Below, piece after piece: positions 41,972 through 55,400 of a stretch of 64,000 bases of DNA (positions are counted from its first letter, which is position 1; every line of letters starts with the position of its first letter). The stretch comes from Paraspadella gotoi (lineage: Eukaryota; Animalia; Chaetognatha): NCBI GenBank assembly GCA_051294375.1, contig CM119267.1, forward strand, positions 16,842,606 through 16,906,605, in the 5' to 3' direction. Position numbers and translations under genes: made by a program. The notes beneath the pieces were generated by a model. The model worked only from the letters and a program-made list of their open reading frames with translations, searched no databases and was not told the origin of the DNA.

Positions 41972-42913
41972 ATAGCCTCGGCGCTAACTGTTTGTGTCTA
42001 ATTCTCTTTTTTCTTTTTTCATTCCTCCATCTCTATCTCCCTGTCTCCCTCCCTCTCTCTCCCTCCCTCTCTCTCACTCTCTCTCTCTCTCTCACCCATC
42101 TCATTTCTGCCGTATAGGATGTCCCGCCCGCGATAAAGCTTTCTTAACTGAAGACACTCGTTAAAAGCGGGTGGCCGGAGCGGAGAGCGAGAGCGACGAT
42201 GCCATTAGCGCGTCCCATTCAAACTCGCGTGATAATGAAATTAAAAACAACAATCGAGAANNNNNNNNNNNNNNNNNNNNNNNNNNNNNNNNNNNNNNNN
42301 NNNNNNNNNNNNNNNNNNNNNNNNNNNNNNNNNNNNNNNNNNNNNNNNNNNNNNNNNNNNNNNNNNNNNNNNNNNNNNNNNNNNNNNNNNNNNNNNNNNN
42401 NNNNNNNNGAGAGAGAGAGAGAGAGGCAAAGGCAAAGAGAGCAGCAAAAAAATGAAAAAAAATATTCATTCAAAGACAAATTTCAACAGAAACTCAGATT
42501 CCGCAAACGATTGCGGCAAACATTCAGTAAAAGCAGGTGCTGCGCTTTTTTAACCGCTCCTTGCCGCAAAACCAGACAGCAGAGGTGCTGCAGGAAGATG
42601 GGGCTTTTCGTCCCTCGCTCAAGTCGTAACAACTTTCCTTTTTTCCGCCCAATAAAACTCGTAATAGAAAAATGAAGAATAACCTCGTTTTCCTTTTTCT
42701 CTTCTGTCTCATCCTTACCAAATTCCCCCCCCCCCGCTTTTTTACCTACTTATTTTTTTCTCTCAAGAATTGCTCACCTTTTCTTTCCTGTTATGACACT
42801 TTGTGAGTTTGTTGAAAGAGAGGTAAGACAAGAGAGAGAAAGATCTTAATAGGGACAGGAAAATAAGAAGGGGCTTGGTGAGAAAACCACTCCAGAGAGA
42901 GAGAGAGAGAAGA

Positions 42914-42987
<74 letters not shown>

Positions 42988-43091
42988 CAACGCGGGCCAT
43001 TTTCCGCCTTTATGACTGACTCTCTCTTCTCTTCTCAACTTTTTCGAAGTCCATTGCGAAAGACAAGGAATGTTCTCTCGGTGAAAACGGG

Positions 43092-43162
43092 GTGCGTGCT
43101 GGAGTTAACCTTCGGTCTCACTGTGCGTGCTGGAGTTAACCTTCGGTCTCGCTGGAGTTCAC
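43092..43162 (+). repeat. 31-bp tandem duplication
   Basis: GTGCGTGCTGGAGTTAACCTTCGGTCTC occurs twice, followed by partial GCTGGAGTTCAC. Confidence 0.8.
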
Positions 43163-44133
43163 ATGGACGGGCCAGGAAAATGCTGAAGTCGAGGAGTACA
43201 AAAACTTTTCGATTCTCTGTTGGCAGATGAAATCAACATAAAGATTACCGTGACTAATAATAATCGATGTGAATAAGAATTAACGATTGCTTAAAGCAGG
43301 TTTTGATAAAAATTATCCCATAATTAAATTAATTATCCATTACATGACTATAGACTAATTGACTCGTGATTGAATGAAATTATACAAATAGAATTTGTGT
43401 GTTCCTATTTTCATTTTATGATAGTTTTATAGCTGTGGAGTCTGTTGTGGAAATCTAGTTTTCCAAAATGTGTTTACAGTACCGTTACTTCTAATTTTAC
43501 ATTAACTTTTAACATTTTAACACAGAACGACGACTAAAAGGTCGTATAGGGCGCGGAGTGTGTGCCCATGACCGTATCCGTGTATTCATTCATTCATTCT
43601 TGTTTCATCATAGAGAACATATTGTTTAATCCGAGTTGTATTATGTATTATGAAAAAAGAACATCCATTAATGAGATTAGCAGTTCTAAAATTAGTTATT
43701 TCATATTAATATTTTTAACATTAGTAATTCTAAATATCCATTCATAACCTTGAAGACTCAATTTCGGTCGTAACACGTGGCGTTTGACGTTCGCTTCGAT
43801 CCAAGTCTCGTCCTTCGTCCTTCGTCGTTAGCTTCGCGACGAAAACTCGAAAAGGTTGAGTCTGCCCCCTCAGGGATCTGACACCCCTGGCCCACCCCTC
43901 TCTGCCTACGTCCTTGAACTCCCATCCTCTCTCTTGAGAACCCCTTACTCTGGCCCCCTCCCGGACCCTTCTTGTCCCCATTTTCTCCAGACGAGAGGCT
44001 CCTCATTCCCCCCCACCCGACGAAGATGTCCCTGCTGATGAGCCATTCCTATGATGACGAGCTCCTCTAAAATGAAGATGGACTCTCGAGTCGACGCCCT
44101 CCAAGACTTGAACTGACTCGCCAACGGCCTCGG

Positions 44134-44192
<59 letters not shown>

Positions 44193-45240
44193 TATAAGGA
44201 CTTTTGCGAGAAAACGATTTTCTCTCCATTGTTGCTTCTCTCTCTAAATTTCAGTGACCGGCTGTCAAAAAGAAACTTAGCAGTTAACCTCAACTTTCTT
44301 GCGAGAACCGCTCGTGCGCGAAAAGAGAAATGGGGTTTAGAGAGAATCAGGGGAGGGAGGGGGTGAGAAAAAAATATAGAGGAAGGAATAACATTTTAGT
44401 AGGGAGGTTGCGATGAAGGATATTTAACAAGACGAAAAGAGAGTAAAAAGGAAAAATATCATCAGACCCATTCCTCTCTCGACCTTACCTTACCTTACCC
44501 TCTCCCAGTTTCACTAACCTCCCCTCACCACACAGCAAGACTTCTCTTCTCTTCCTTCTCCCCAGATCCTTTTCTCTCTCGTCTTTTTCTCTTTCTCTCT
44601 GTCTCTCTCGTTCTCTGTCTCTATCTCTCACCTGAAAAAAAAAAAGAATGCGTAGGCGTCGATCGTAAAATCCGTTGCAGGTGGAGCGAAAAATGGATGA
44701 TCGATAGGAGTTGACGAAGGAGCCGACCACACGGTTAGAGGAGCAAAGAAAAAAAATATATGGAATAAAAAAATAAAGAGAAAGGAGGAAAAAGGAAAAG
44801 GGCGGAATGAGAGCAAAGAAGTCATCTCAATTTAAGTGAAACTGTAAGAAGTAATAAACGAAACATTTTTAATCTAGTCGTGAGGGAAACACGATGAAAA
44901 GCGGGGCAATGTAAGCAGGGAGGACCGAGGAGAAGCCGGAGGCAAGGGGGGAAGGGAAGGTGGGGGTAACAGAGCGGCGGGACTCGCCATGGGGGGGGGG
45001 TAAGCGCAAATAACTGCGTCACGATTAACTGAGCCGACTTTTTTTTTATATCCTTTTATTTTGCTTCGAGATGCAGATCGGCGAGACCGTAAAATCCGAG
45101 ATGCGTTTGAGATGGAGAGTGAGAGAGAGAGAGGGAGAGAGGGGGAGAGAGGGAGAGAGAGAGAGAGAAGAGAGGAGAGAGAAGAGAGAGAGAGGAGAGA
45201 GAGAGAGAGAGGGAGAGAGAGAGGAGAGAGGAGAGAGAGA

Positions 45241-45286
<46 letters not shown>

Positions 45287-47811
45287 GGAAGGGAGAACGG
45301 AGAAAGATATCTTTGTACCGAAAGACGGTTAAAGGGGCAGGAAAGGGATTGCGGGGGCGAGAGAGGTTAAAGAAAGGTGAAGGAGGTTAGAGAGGCAAAG
45401 AGGAACGTGAATGTTGTGCAGCTTTGAAGAGACTGAGGGATGGAGAGAGGCAATGTAGGTCGCAGAGTAAATTAAATAATGAACAGAAGATATATATGAA
45501 AATATATCAAGGAATTGAGACGAGTTAATTTATTTTTGTTTTTAATTTCGGTAGTTATGGATATTGGATAGTATACGAAATTGTTATGTTCGTCGTTACG
45601 AACCTAAAAATATATTAAAAGCCTCCACACGCTCTTCCGCAGTTTATGAAAGTAGTTACATATAATATGGCACTTACTAAAAAACAATGAAAATGAATTG
45701 CTTCCTTGAATCTGAGACTGTTTGTAATTTAGTCTCTTGGTGTGGAGATGAAAACGGATAATGATCCGGTAAACGAGGACCTTCAGCGAAAAAATAATGA
45801 CTTGTTTTTTTGTTTTTTTTATAATGTACGCTTAAAATAAAGGTTTATTAAATTTGTTACGAAACAGATCTATGTTCAAATGTCCTTTTTGTGACTCGAC
45901 GTGTACTACCAAAACTGGCTACAAAAAAGAAAATGATAAGGAAAAGACTCATTACACATCAGTCCCCTCTTTCCCCTTTCTTCCATTACTGTCTCTTTAC
46001 AGGCGATGAAAATGAAGGATCGTTGTATAACAGAGTCCTCTACTCCCCCCCCCCCGAAATACTTTTTTTCCCTCGACGTTTCTTCTCGCGGTAAATCTTC
46101 GTCTTCTTCTTTTTTCCTTTTTTTCTTTTTCTTTATGCCGAAGCTCGTCCCTCGATCGTCATCCATCATCGTTTATTGCCTCACACCCACCCCCCTCGGT
46201 TTTATCCACCATACAATTTATATTCCTCCCCCACCCACCCCGTCGGACTACTTATCATCCCCTGTATAAACTATACGCCCCCCCCCTCGCCTCGTCAAAC
46301 GCTTTTTATTCTCCCACATTTCTTAACAACGAGCGAGTTGTTATGATTCCCTGCATCGTTTTATCACCCTCGCCAACACCCTAGCCCGGTCCGGTCGTTT
46401 ATTCCAGAAGTTCTACCCATTGATATAATCCTCTGTACCCTCTGAAGTGGCCATTTCTCGACCCCCTTTATAACACTTCCCTCGCTAGGGTAAGAATTTT
46501 CCGCTACCCAACCAGGAACATGTCTCCAGTCCCCCTTGGCCACCCTTGATGATTTCCCCTCCCCCATTCGTCGCATTATTATTTCTCTCGTGATATCATC
46601 GTCTTTTTCTTTCTTCGTTCCGTCGAGATCCCCGACTCCCCCTCAAACACCCCCCCTCTCGGCGGACGTCGAAGTTCTTAAAATAGGGATGAGATCGACG
46701 CAGAGACCTTTCATACGGAAGTTTTAAACTGATACGTAAGTTCCTTTGAAGCAGAGAATGTTGTCAGCGTTCACGATCTGGTTCGCACGAAACATAACTA
46801 CATAAAATTCGGCGAACTGAACTAAGTCTTAAGGTTTTCATCGACGTCAGCCCTACTATAACCATCCCGAGTCGGCGGCAGGCGGGCAAGCTGTGGCTAA
46901 AGGGCCGGGATTGCTCTGTAACGGCATAGGAATGTCCTGATTATGGGAGCAATTGACTCGGACAAAAAGAAGGACCGGAGAGGGAGGAAGAGAGGGAGGG
47001 AGGGAGGGAGGGAGGAACGAAGGAAGGAAAGGAGTCACATCGAAAGGTTGAATGAGAGGGAGAGAGAGGTCGAGTTGGGAAAGGAAGTAAAAAATTAAAG
47101 AGAGAAGAGATCAAGTACGTACGATAATGAAATGTAATATTTAATGATTTATTAAAAGGAGAGTTTTAAAGGCACAACGTCGAGGATCTAAGACAATTGT
47201 TAACGCTTCTGAAGAGGAAGATTGTCGGCAAAAATTTATACTTTCTTCCGTTGCTCTTCAATTTCCCACAATGCCACAAAATTCAACTTGTCCAATTCGG
47301 TTTATTTTGTTTGGTTTTTTTTAGCTCGATCCAAAATTACAACCATCGAAGTCTAGTCTAGTCATAAATTTCTGGAAATCGTTGTTCTCGTGTTTTTATA
47401 TGACACCTAGGGCCACAAAATGAAAGAGGCCGTCACCTATGTGTAGCAACAATATTTAAACAAATGACACGAATTATAATTTTTAATGCAAATTTGCGGA
47501 TAAAAAAAATAGATTGTTGCATTGACAATGGATTTAATTCATTTATTGCGACAGGGTCCAAGTGATAATTGTGATTATTATAAAAAAATGAAATGATCTT
47601 AAAAAGGCATGATCGCGTGAGTAATCGTTGCTACGCCATCATTGAGAAGTATTTTCTTCGTATAACAGTATTATTATAACATGTACTGTATCATAAGCTG
47701 TGCCATCAGAATATTGGCATAATTGTAATCTCCCCGACCGGAACCGAGACGGTCGGTCATTTTTATATTCGCAAATATCTTATTATACACTATACTATGA
47801 TACATTATATT

Positions 47812-48643
47812 CAGGGGTGGGTCCATATATCGAGAAAAAACTTAACGGCCTGCCCTGTCTGAACGATTTGAGATACAATAATAAAATAGGTGCCAAAATA
47901 TTTTTTTATCTTTTTACTTTCATATGCAATGAAACAATAAAAAATGTCAAACAACTACAAGGCGTTGTGAATGTTTTCAAATCATTTAATCATTTTTATA
48001 CGCGCACCTTACATTGCAGAGTATAAAAGCCATATCTTCAATTGACCTGATTTTAAGCTTTTCATCACTATCCAAATTAAACTTATTTAATTTTTTTTCA
48101 GGTAAAACAAATTTTAAAAAGATTTTAACGAATAGGCCTTAATCGTCAAATACTTTGTATTTCTTACCGTTTTGACCCTTTTATTATGCATTCAGAAATC
48201 TTACATGATTAGCTTAATTATCTGATAATATCATTAATAATTTTTTTGATAAAAGTAAGTTTTAGTAAAAATAAAACCAAAACAATAACTTACCCGAACA
48301 TTACCTGCTTACTTCAAATTATTTTAAACCAAAATGCAATGTACACCTGCCAAAAACATTATTATATTATGAGCATTTCCAAAAAATATTTTTAACTGTT
48401 ATATCTTAGAATAAGATTAAATAATAAGTTTTCAAACATTTTTCTTCCAAACCGCGCGGAGAAAATCGAGCAGTTGCCTTTGCTGCATCAAAAAAGCATT
48501 ATATTAAAGAATTTCAAAAAGATTAAAATATCATCTAAAAGTTAAGAAATATTATACAAATATTTATTCAGATTTTAAAAAAAATTAAGAATTTTAGAGT
48601 AATGATTTTTTAAAATTTTTCTCGATATATGGTGCAACCCCTG
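47812..48643. mobile_element. MITE, probably Tc1/mariner-like, 832 bp
   Basis: TIRs CAGGGGTGGGTCCATATATCGAGAAAAA / CAGGGGTTGCACCATATATCGAGAAAAA (25/28). TA on the right flank and TT on the left. AT-rich non-coding interior. Confidence 0.7.
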
Positions 48644-51600
48644 TAATTCAATATTATTAAAAAAAAGTTTGGTTAAGGTTAAGGGTGGTTATTGGTTAAA
48701 GTTAAAATGGTTAAGAAAAATAATAATTAAGAATAAAGGAAGGTAAGTTAAAGGAGTATAAAGTTAAGAGTAATTAATTATATTAATTAGTTATATTAAT
48801 TATGGTCAAAGGTAATTGACCTGGTCCGGGTAATATTCAAAAAACTAATTTAAAAAAAAATTATATTTATACTTGTAAAAAAACGAAAAAAATTACCGAC
48901 CGGGAAGATCCTAAACGGTGAATATTCTATTTTACCAGAAAATTTTTCTCCGCAATGTTCATTATAGCACGTTTCGTTAACTTAGTAAGGTTACTTCTGT
49001 ACACTTTAAAGCTCGTAATCTATATTTTTACATTTTTCTATAGAATAATTTTTCTTATTGGCTGAACAAACTTGGTCCAGGACTAAAGCAATTGAACGAA
49101 AGAGCAAAACCGAGGTGAGGACTCCTCACTCAGGTTTTATAAGTAATCATTGCGCATTAGCTTTCACGTTGGCATGGCTTAAGTTAAGGAGGATTAACAT
49201 TTAATTTTTTTGAAATTGGTTAAAATTTTATGGAGATTCCTACAAAACGGATTTTTTTAACTTTAAAATATTTTCGAAACATCTTCGTCTTGTCATATAT
49301 TAACACAAAAATGCCTAAATTAAACTTATTTTATCTGACTAACATAAACCTGAAGAAAAAACATCATTTCACATCTATACACCAGATCAATCTTTTTAAT
49401 CTTTTTATGAACAAACTATTAATAAACCCAAAGATTCACAAGGGAAAATATTACAAAGGATTCGCACTTGAAAGAGGACATTTTTAGTTAACGAAGGAAT
49501 ACAAACTAAAAACTAAATAACATTCAGGCAATTACAAGCAACAAGCTTATATATATTGAAAGTTTTACCAAGAAAAAGCACATTTTATCATTCAAAATTT
49601 AAATAAGAAATATTTACGGTTAAGTTTAAGCCTTCAAAACTAAAAAATGCCCCCACTAAAAAAGCTTAACTTTTACTGATCGCCAAATGAAACATTCTAA
49701 CCAAATTCTTAACGATAAAATGAAAACTATTTCATAAATAAAGCTATGTGTCTTGCATTGATGGTCAGTGTTAAATAGCAATATATTACATTAAGATGAC
49801 AAAAAGCTAAATCAAATTTAAAAGACTAGCAAAATTTAGAAATAGAAATTCACTCAAAAAATTTAATGAAGGTAGAACATCTATTATTTTCTATGTTTAG
49901 CTAGTCCAAAATTGAAAAAAAAAATATTATTGAATCTACACTGGCGTAAAAAACTTAAGGATATAATAATAAGGGCGGAAGAGAAAAACTGAAAAAAATG
50001 GAAAAACTAAAAATTAACAGAGATCGCTCCTGAATTGGGAAAGATTACGATAGCTATCACTCATACGTACAATGCCTTAATTAACTTTTTATACAAAACT
50101 TAAAATTTCTACAATTTGTTTTTATTTGAAAACTAAAAAACTAATGTTTTATTATCCAAAGTTCAGCTTTGTAAGTCTGAACCAAATGATGGATTATGAA
50201 CCTATAACAATAAAAGCTAAACAAACATCGAAACGGTTTTTAAAACCCAAAATCTATTTTTAACTAAGATGTTAAAGTTTTTTTTCGGTTAATGCGCTAC
50301 TATGTATGAAAACCCAAAGAGTGATAGATCAGAGTTAATAGATATCAATATGATATTACCGACAATTATAATTATAGGCACTGATATGGTTCTCGATAAG
50401 CATGAAATTCAGACTGGAAAAATAAAAGTACCGCAAGATATACATAAACAAGAGGGAAATTGACACGGTGAAGTTTTTAGTGGAAAGCTAATTTATATAC
50501 AACCGGGAGACCTATGTGAATCAGGATCGGGTTAGTCGTGACGTTACCCTCACCCTCTGAATCGTAAAAGCTGAGTTATCCAGGCTGTCACGGTCAAAAG
50601 AAAAAAACTTTTTTCGAAGTTACAAAAACAAAGTGCTGAGCTATAAAAGCTGTCACGGTTAAAACAAAGAGAAACTCTCCAATAGTTAAGTGCACGAATG
50701 AGCTATATTAAAAATCCAAAGCTACTAACACGACTTTAAAAGTAATTTCTTTTTGCAAAAAAAAAAAAAAAACAATATAATTCCGGTATCCGTAACGTAA
50801 TTGATATCGTAGCGGCGAGTGTTTAACAGTAATGTAAGATGCCCTCGTGATAAAGTAATATTAGCAATTAAAGACGATGCGCAAACTTTGAACGAATCAA
50901 ATTTGAATGAACTGGCCTCTCGTTCTTTTTTTTCCGAATATAGAAGTAAAAAAAAGAAAAGGGTAAGAGGTCGCTATCTAACGCAACGCTAAAACCGGAA
51001 GGGGCCAGTTTGAAACCGGAATACGAGCGGAGGTCGACAGATCGCACGCAATTCTCTAAAGATAATCGTTGATCATATCACCAACCAACAAATTACATAC
51101 GATGATTGGTTATTCTTTAAGCGACGAGGTAATTTGAATTACGGGGAAAACGGTATCCAAAGTTGGCTCGTTTTTTTCTTTCATATTATCCAGGGATTCT
51201 AATTTTTTTTTTTTCGCCAACTGAAAACGCGAGATTCCCAAAAAGCCCGGATATACAATCTAGCGAAAATGACGGCGCAGAAAAGACGATTCTGCGACCA
51301 GGAGGCGGAAAGGGGGAAATCCCCGAAGAAAGAGGATAATCCCGGTGACGAGATCCTAAGCAACCCACATGCTCAATTTCGATTCGAACGGAGAAAATAA
51401 CAATGACATTCATCATCACGCAGAGTTTAAAAAAAGCCCAACACATGAACCGTGAAAGCACAACAAAATTCCTCCCTTAGTTCATTTCAGTGTTCATTGG
51501 TGTTTTAATTTGAGTATCTACGTAAATTAACGAGAAGCAAGGAAGGAAGGAAGGGAAAAGGGGAAGCGAGAGATTTATGGATTTTTTTTCTTCTTACAAC

Positions 51601-52385
51601 TCTAAAACTTCTTACAATCAAAAATAGTCGGTCGAAAATTTTGTCGTCGTCCCCGACGTCTCCCGAGTTAGTACTTTTTAATTGAGCAACTACAAATATT
51701 AAAAAAATACGCATTTTCTTAGCTCAAGACACAAAAATCCACAAATGCAGTTCACCATCAAATATTGAAATCGATGGAGGAAGCTAAGTAAGACAAGAGC
51801 AGATAAGAGAAAAAAGAATTTGGGTAACAAACTGGAACTAGCTGACAAAAATGATATTCTAAAAAAAAAGGAACGAATCGTATTAAAGGGGGGAAAAAGG
51901 GAAAAAGAGGAAGGGGGAAAAGTAATTAAAAAAATAAAGGAAAATAATAGGAAAGAAAAAGATAGGGAGCTTTTTTAATAAAACAAGTTAACTTGAATAT
52001 CACACGAATAAAAACGAAAAAAGCGAGAGAACAAAGGTGGCCGTGATGAAGGCTGCTCTGAAAGGACGAAACGCGGGAAGTTTGAGGTTGAAAGTTTTTT
52101 TACGCGTGATTTTTCGGGGATGACGGTGACGAAGTCGCCGCTCGCGAAAAGTAAATACGAATTCGAAACTTCAGAATCAAATGACAAGGCAGAATGAGCG
52201 ACGGCGACGACGATTCAGACGATTTAAGAAGTTTTTTTTTTTTTGCCGATGGAGATTAGAGGGGATTTCGACGGGGAGTTTTGACTGGGGTTATTAAAGA
52301 GTAATTTGAAGGGAGATATTCACGAAGAGAAATTTGCCGAACTGCATTCCAATTGGTTTTAAAGGGGGAGTAAAAACGAGGACTA

Positions 52386-52460
52386 CTACTGCGGCGGCGG
52401 CGGCGGCGGGGGCACACTCGCTGAAGAGGCAGTTTGCGAGTAAACGTCCACCGCTACGGT
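52386..52460 (-). CDS. LARP1: LARP1 probable terminal coding exon
   Basis: ttctcgcag|[24 protein letters not shown] followed by TAG TAG. Phase 0 matches the upstream donor, but the peptide is not a recognisable conserved motif. Confidence 0.7.
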   Translation of the reverse strand, partial: TVAVDVYSQTASSASVPPPPPPPQ

Positions 52461-55400
52461 CTGCGAGAAAGAAAACAAATAGACAAGAGTAAACAGTAGA
52501 GCTTAGTAATAGTTACGTATGAAAATTTTTAAAGTTAATTTTGAACAACATACAACCAGCGAATACTCACTAATTTATAAAAAAATAATTTTATGTTTTT
52601 TATCCTTATAAGATCGTAAAATTTCAAAATAAGCTTTTCTTAATTTTCGTGAAAAGTTGATAAAAGAAAATATATATAAAAATTCTTTCATTAAGTAGGT
52701 TAAAAATTTAAAAACTATATATAATATTTAAAAATTTAATTTTCAGTTTAAAAGATAAGTTTTTTTAAATTTTTGACCAACTTTTCATGACGAATCCATT
52801 TCTACAATAACAACTTACAAAAAACCATTTTGAAATTTTAACATTTATAGGGTCAGTACTACATGTATAAATATAGCATATTGCCTATAGCCTCTTTATA
52901 CAATAATGTTCATTATAAAAATGTTGTTGCTTCCTCACTTTTAGAATTTTAGTTAAAAGTTAAATTTATGATTTTTACTACGCTTTAGTAAACAGAGCAT
53001 CTCTTTCATGTCGTCAAAAAGTTTGCAGCGCTTACATCTATGCGAAAGTCTTCGAGACGTTTGAACTGCTTCAATTTTTCTTGCAACTCGGGACGGATAT
53101 CTTTGGGACGGTGGCCGGAGTATTTCAAAAACGCCCAAAACTTCTCCAACCCATACAGTTGACCTAAGAGAGAAAAAAAAAAGTTTTAAAAGCACGAGAA
53201 ATTCAAATTAATGCAAAATACTTTGAAAACCTACCATGGTTCAAGTCTCGAACGGTTTCCTCTTGAAAGTCCCTAAACAGATCCTTTCGCCAATGTTTTT
53301 CAAGGCCATATGAATAAAACCTGATAAAAAAAAAAATAAAACACATTCAAAAACCAAGTTTCCATAGAAGAAACATGCGATAAGAATCACATTGCATTTA
53401 CTAAGTCAAATAAGAATTAAGTACTAAGTATTAAGTAACTGTAATACACATCACTTTCGATTCTTAAAATTAACAATATTAATTTTTTTCACCTAAACAA
53501 GCACTCGAGACCATATCGGCAAGACCCAGGCGGTGATGCCCAAGACGACGCCATGACGTGAGGGGCGGCGCCGGCAGCCCTAGGATCAACGCCCGCGGCC
53601 GCGTCTTCCACGGAGAAACGACGGAATTCTTCGTACATTCTCTGATTAAACTGATCGCGGAGGAAGAATGACCAGAAGCGATAGAGGGAATTCATCATGG
53701 GCGATGAACCAGGACCCAGCAACCGACGTTCTGAGGAAAAGACAAGGAAAAAAAATCCTCAAACGATATTCGCAAGTAATTTGCCGAAATCGAATGAGAT
53801 TGAAAGTCAAACGAACCTTTGAGACATCTCGCGCGATACTTGTGGTAGACGACTTGGGTGAAGCCGTTCTCCTTGAGCAGAACGTGGGAAGGGTGTTCGA
53901 ACCGAGGAAAGGATTGGGGTGTACCCGACACCATCGGGCCGTGAAGGGAGTGAGCGGACGGCGACATCGCCGGAGATCCTGAAACGGGAATCGGGAAGAG
54001 AGGAGAGTGAGAGCGAGTTAAGAGAGATCAGAGTCGCTCATAATATCCGAGTTTCCGTCGTCGAACTTACCCGTCGAGTCGACGGTGTCTCGTCGTTCCC
54101 TAAGATGCGGCTTCGAGTCCATGACCCAACCAACGTGAAATTCTTCGGGAGGGTCGGGACCGTGTCGCGTCTTTTGTTTGCGAGGAGTTCCGGGTCCCGG
54201 TGCCGCGGCCGCCTTGACCACAGGGAAGAAGCGCGGGTTGTCGCGGGGAATGGCGCCCGAAGGGTGCCCCGATTTCTGGCCGCAGGAAGCTTGACTCTTT
54301 TGCATGCTCCTTTCCAACCAGGAACCCTTTAGAGCGCAGAAGAATAACAAAATATAAAAAACAATGCACAAATGCACAGCATTTGTTTGACCTAATCGAC
54401 AAAACTAATCGGAGACATTTTTATTCATTTTTCCCCCTTTGTTATGCTTTCATTTTTAACGATGGCATAGGTATAACAACGACAACTACCTGAAGCAAGA
54501 GTTGGGGTCCATGAGAGGGGGGAGGCGGCGGAAGCTCCTCGTTTTCGGGGAGGGCTTTTTCCCTCGATGGGCGGAGAGCGTCGAAGTCTTCGCGGGAGAC
54601 GACGTCGACCGTCTTGCTTTGGGATAGACTCCCAACGCTTCCGCTTTTACGAGGCAGACCCTCCGCACTTTCGGCAAGATCCGCCGCATCAGCTTCGTCA
54701 GAATACTCGTCGCCCCACAAGTCCTGGGAATATGGAATAATATGATTCGAGTATAGTTTGGCAACAAACTATTAAGGTCGCCGCGAAAATAAAAATATTT
54801 TCTTCTTCTCCTCCTCACCCTTTCGTAAAAAAGGAGTCCGTCATTGATCGCCTTGCCGATGTGGCAGGACATCTTGGCGCGCGTCTCGAAGTCGCCCGTC
54901 CGGTCTAGAGTTCGCTTGGTGGCGTCACGCGCCCGAGGGTTTTGCGTCACGACAAGGATTTTGGAGAGTTCCCTGTCGTCCATTTCGTAGTCAGATTCGT
55001 CAGAGCTGATGAAGGAATTAAAGATCAAAAATTATTGAATATTCATCTGATGAGACTTAATGGTTTTTTCAGAGTCTCACCTCTCGTATTTGAGAGCGGC
55101 GCCTTTTCCAGTTCGCAAAGGCTCCAGCTCTTCGTCAAAGTAAAACTCAAGGTCTTCCTTCTGCTCCGAGGCGACTCCGTCGGCCCGTGCAGCGCCGTTG
55201 GCGGCAACGGCGCCGTCTACAGACGGGACGGCGCCACCGCGGGAGTTGAGGCGCTGGCGCCTTGGCGCGCGCACTTCGGTCCATTCGGAATTGGGGGAGG
55301 TTTCTAACCGAACGTGGAATGGTTAAAATAAATAAAACCGAAGGTACTTGGATTTAAAGTGGGGGGGAGGGAAGAAGCATGCGCAACCAGGAAATCTACC

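Noticed and set aside
53668-55307. Plus-strand ORFs overlapping LARP1 (53668-53982, 53919-54332, 54942-55307)
   Set aside because: These are antisense shadows of GC-rich coding exons with no recognisable product.
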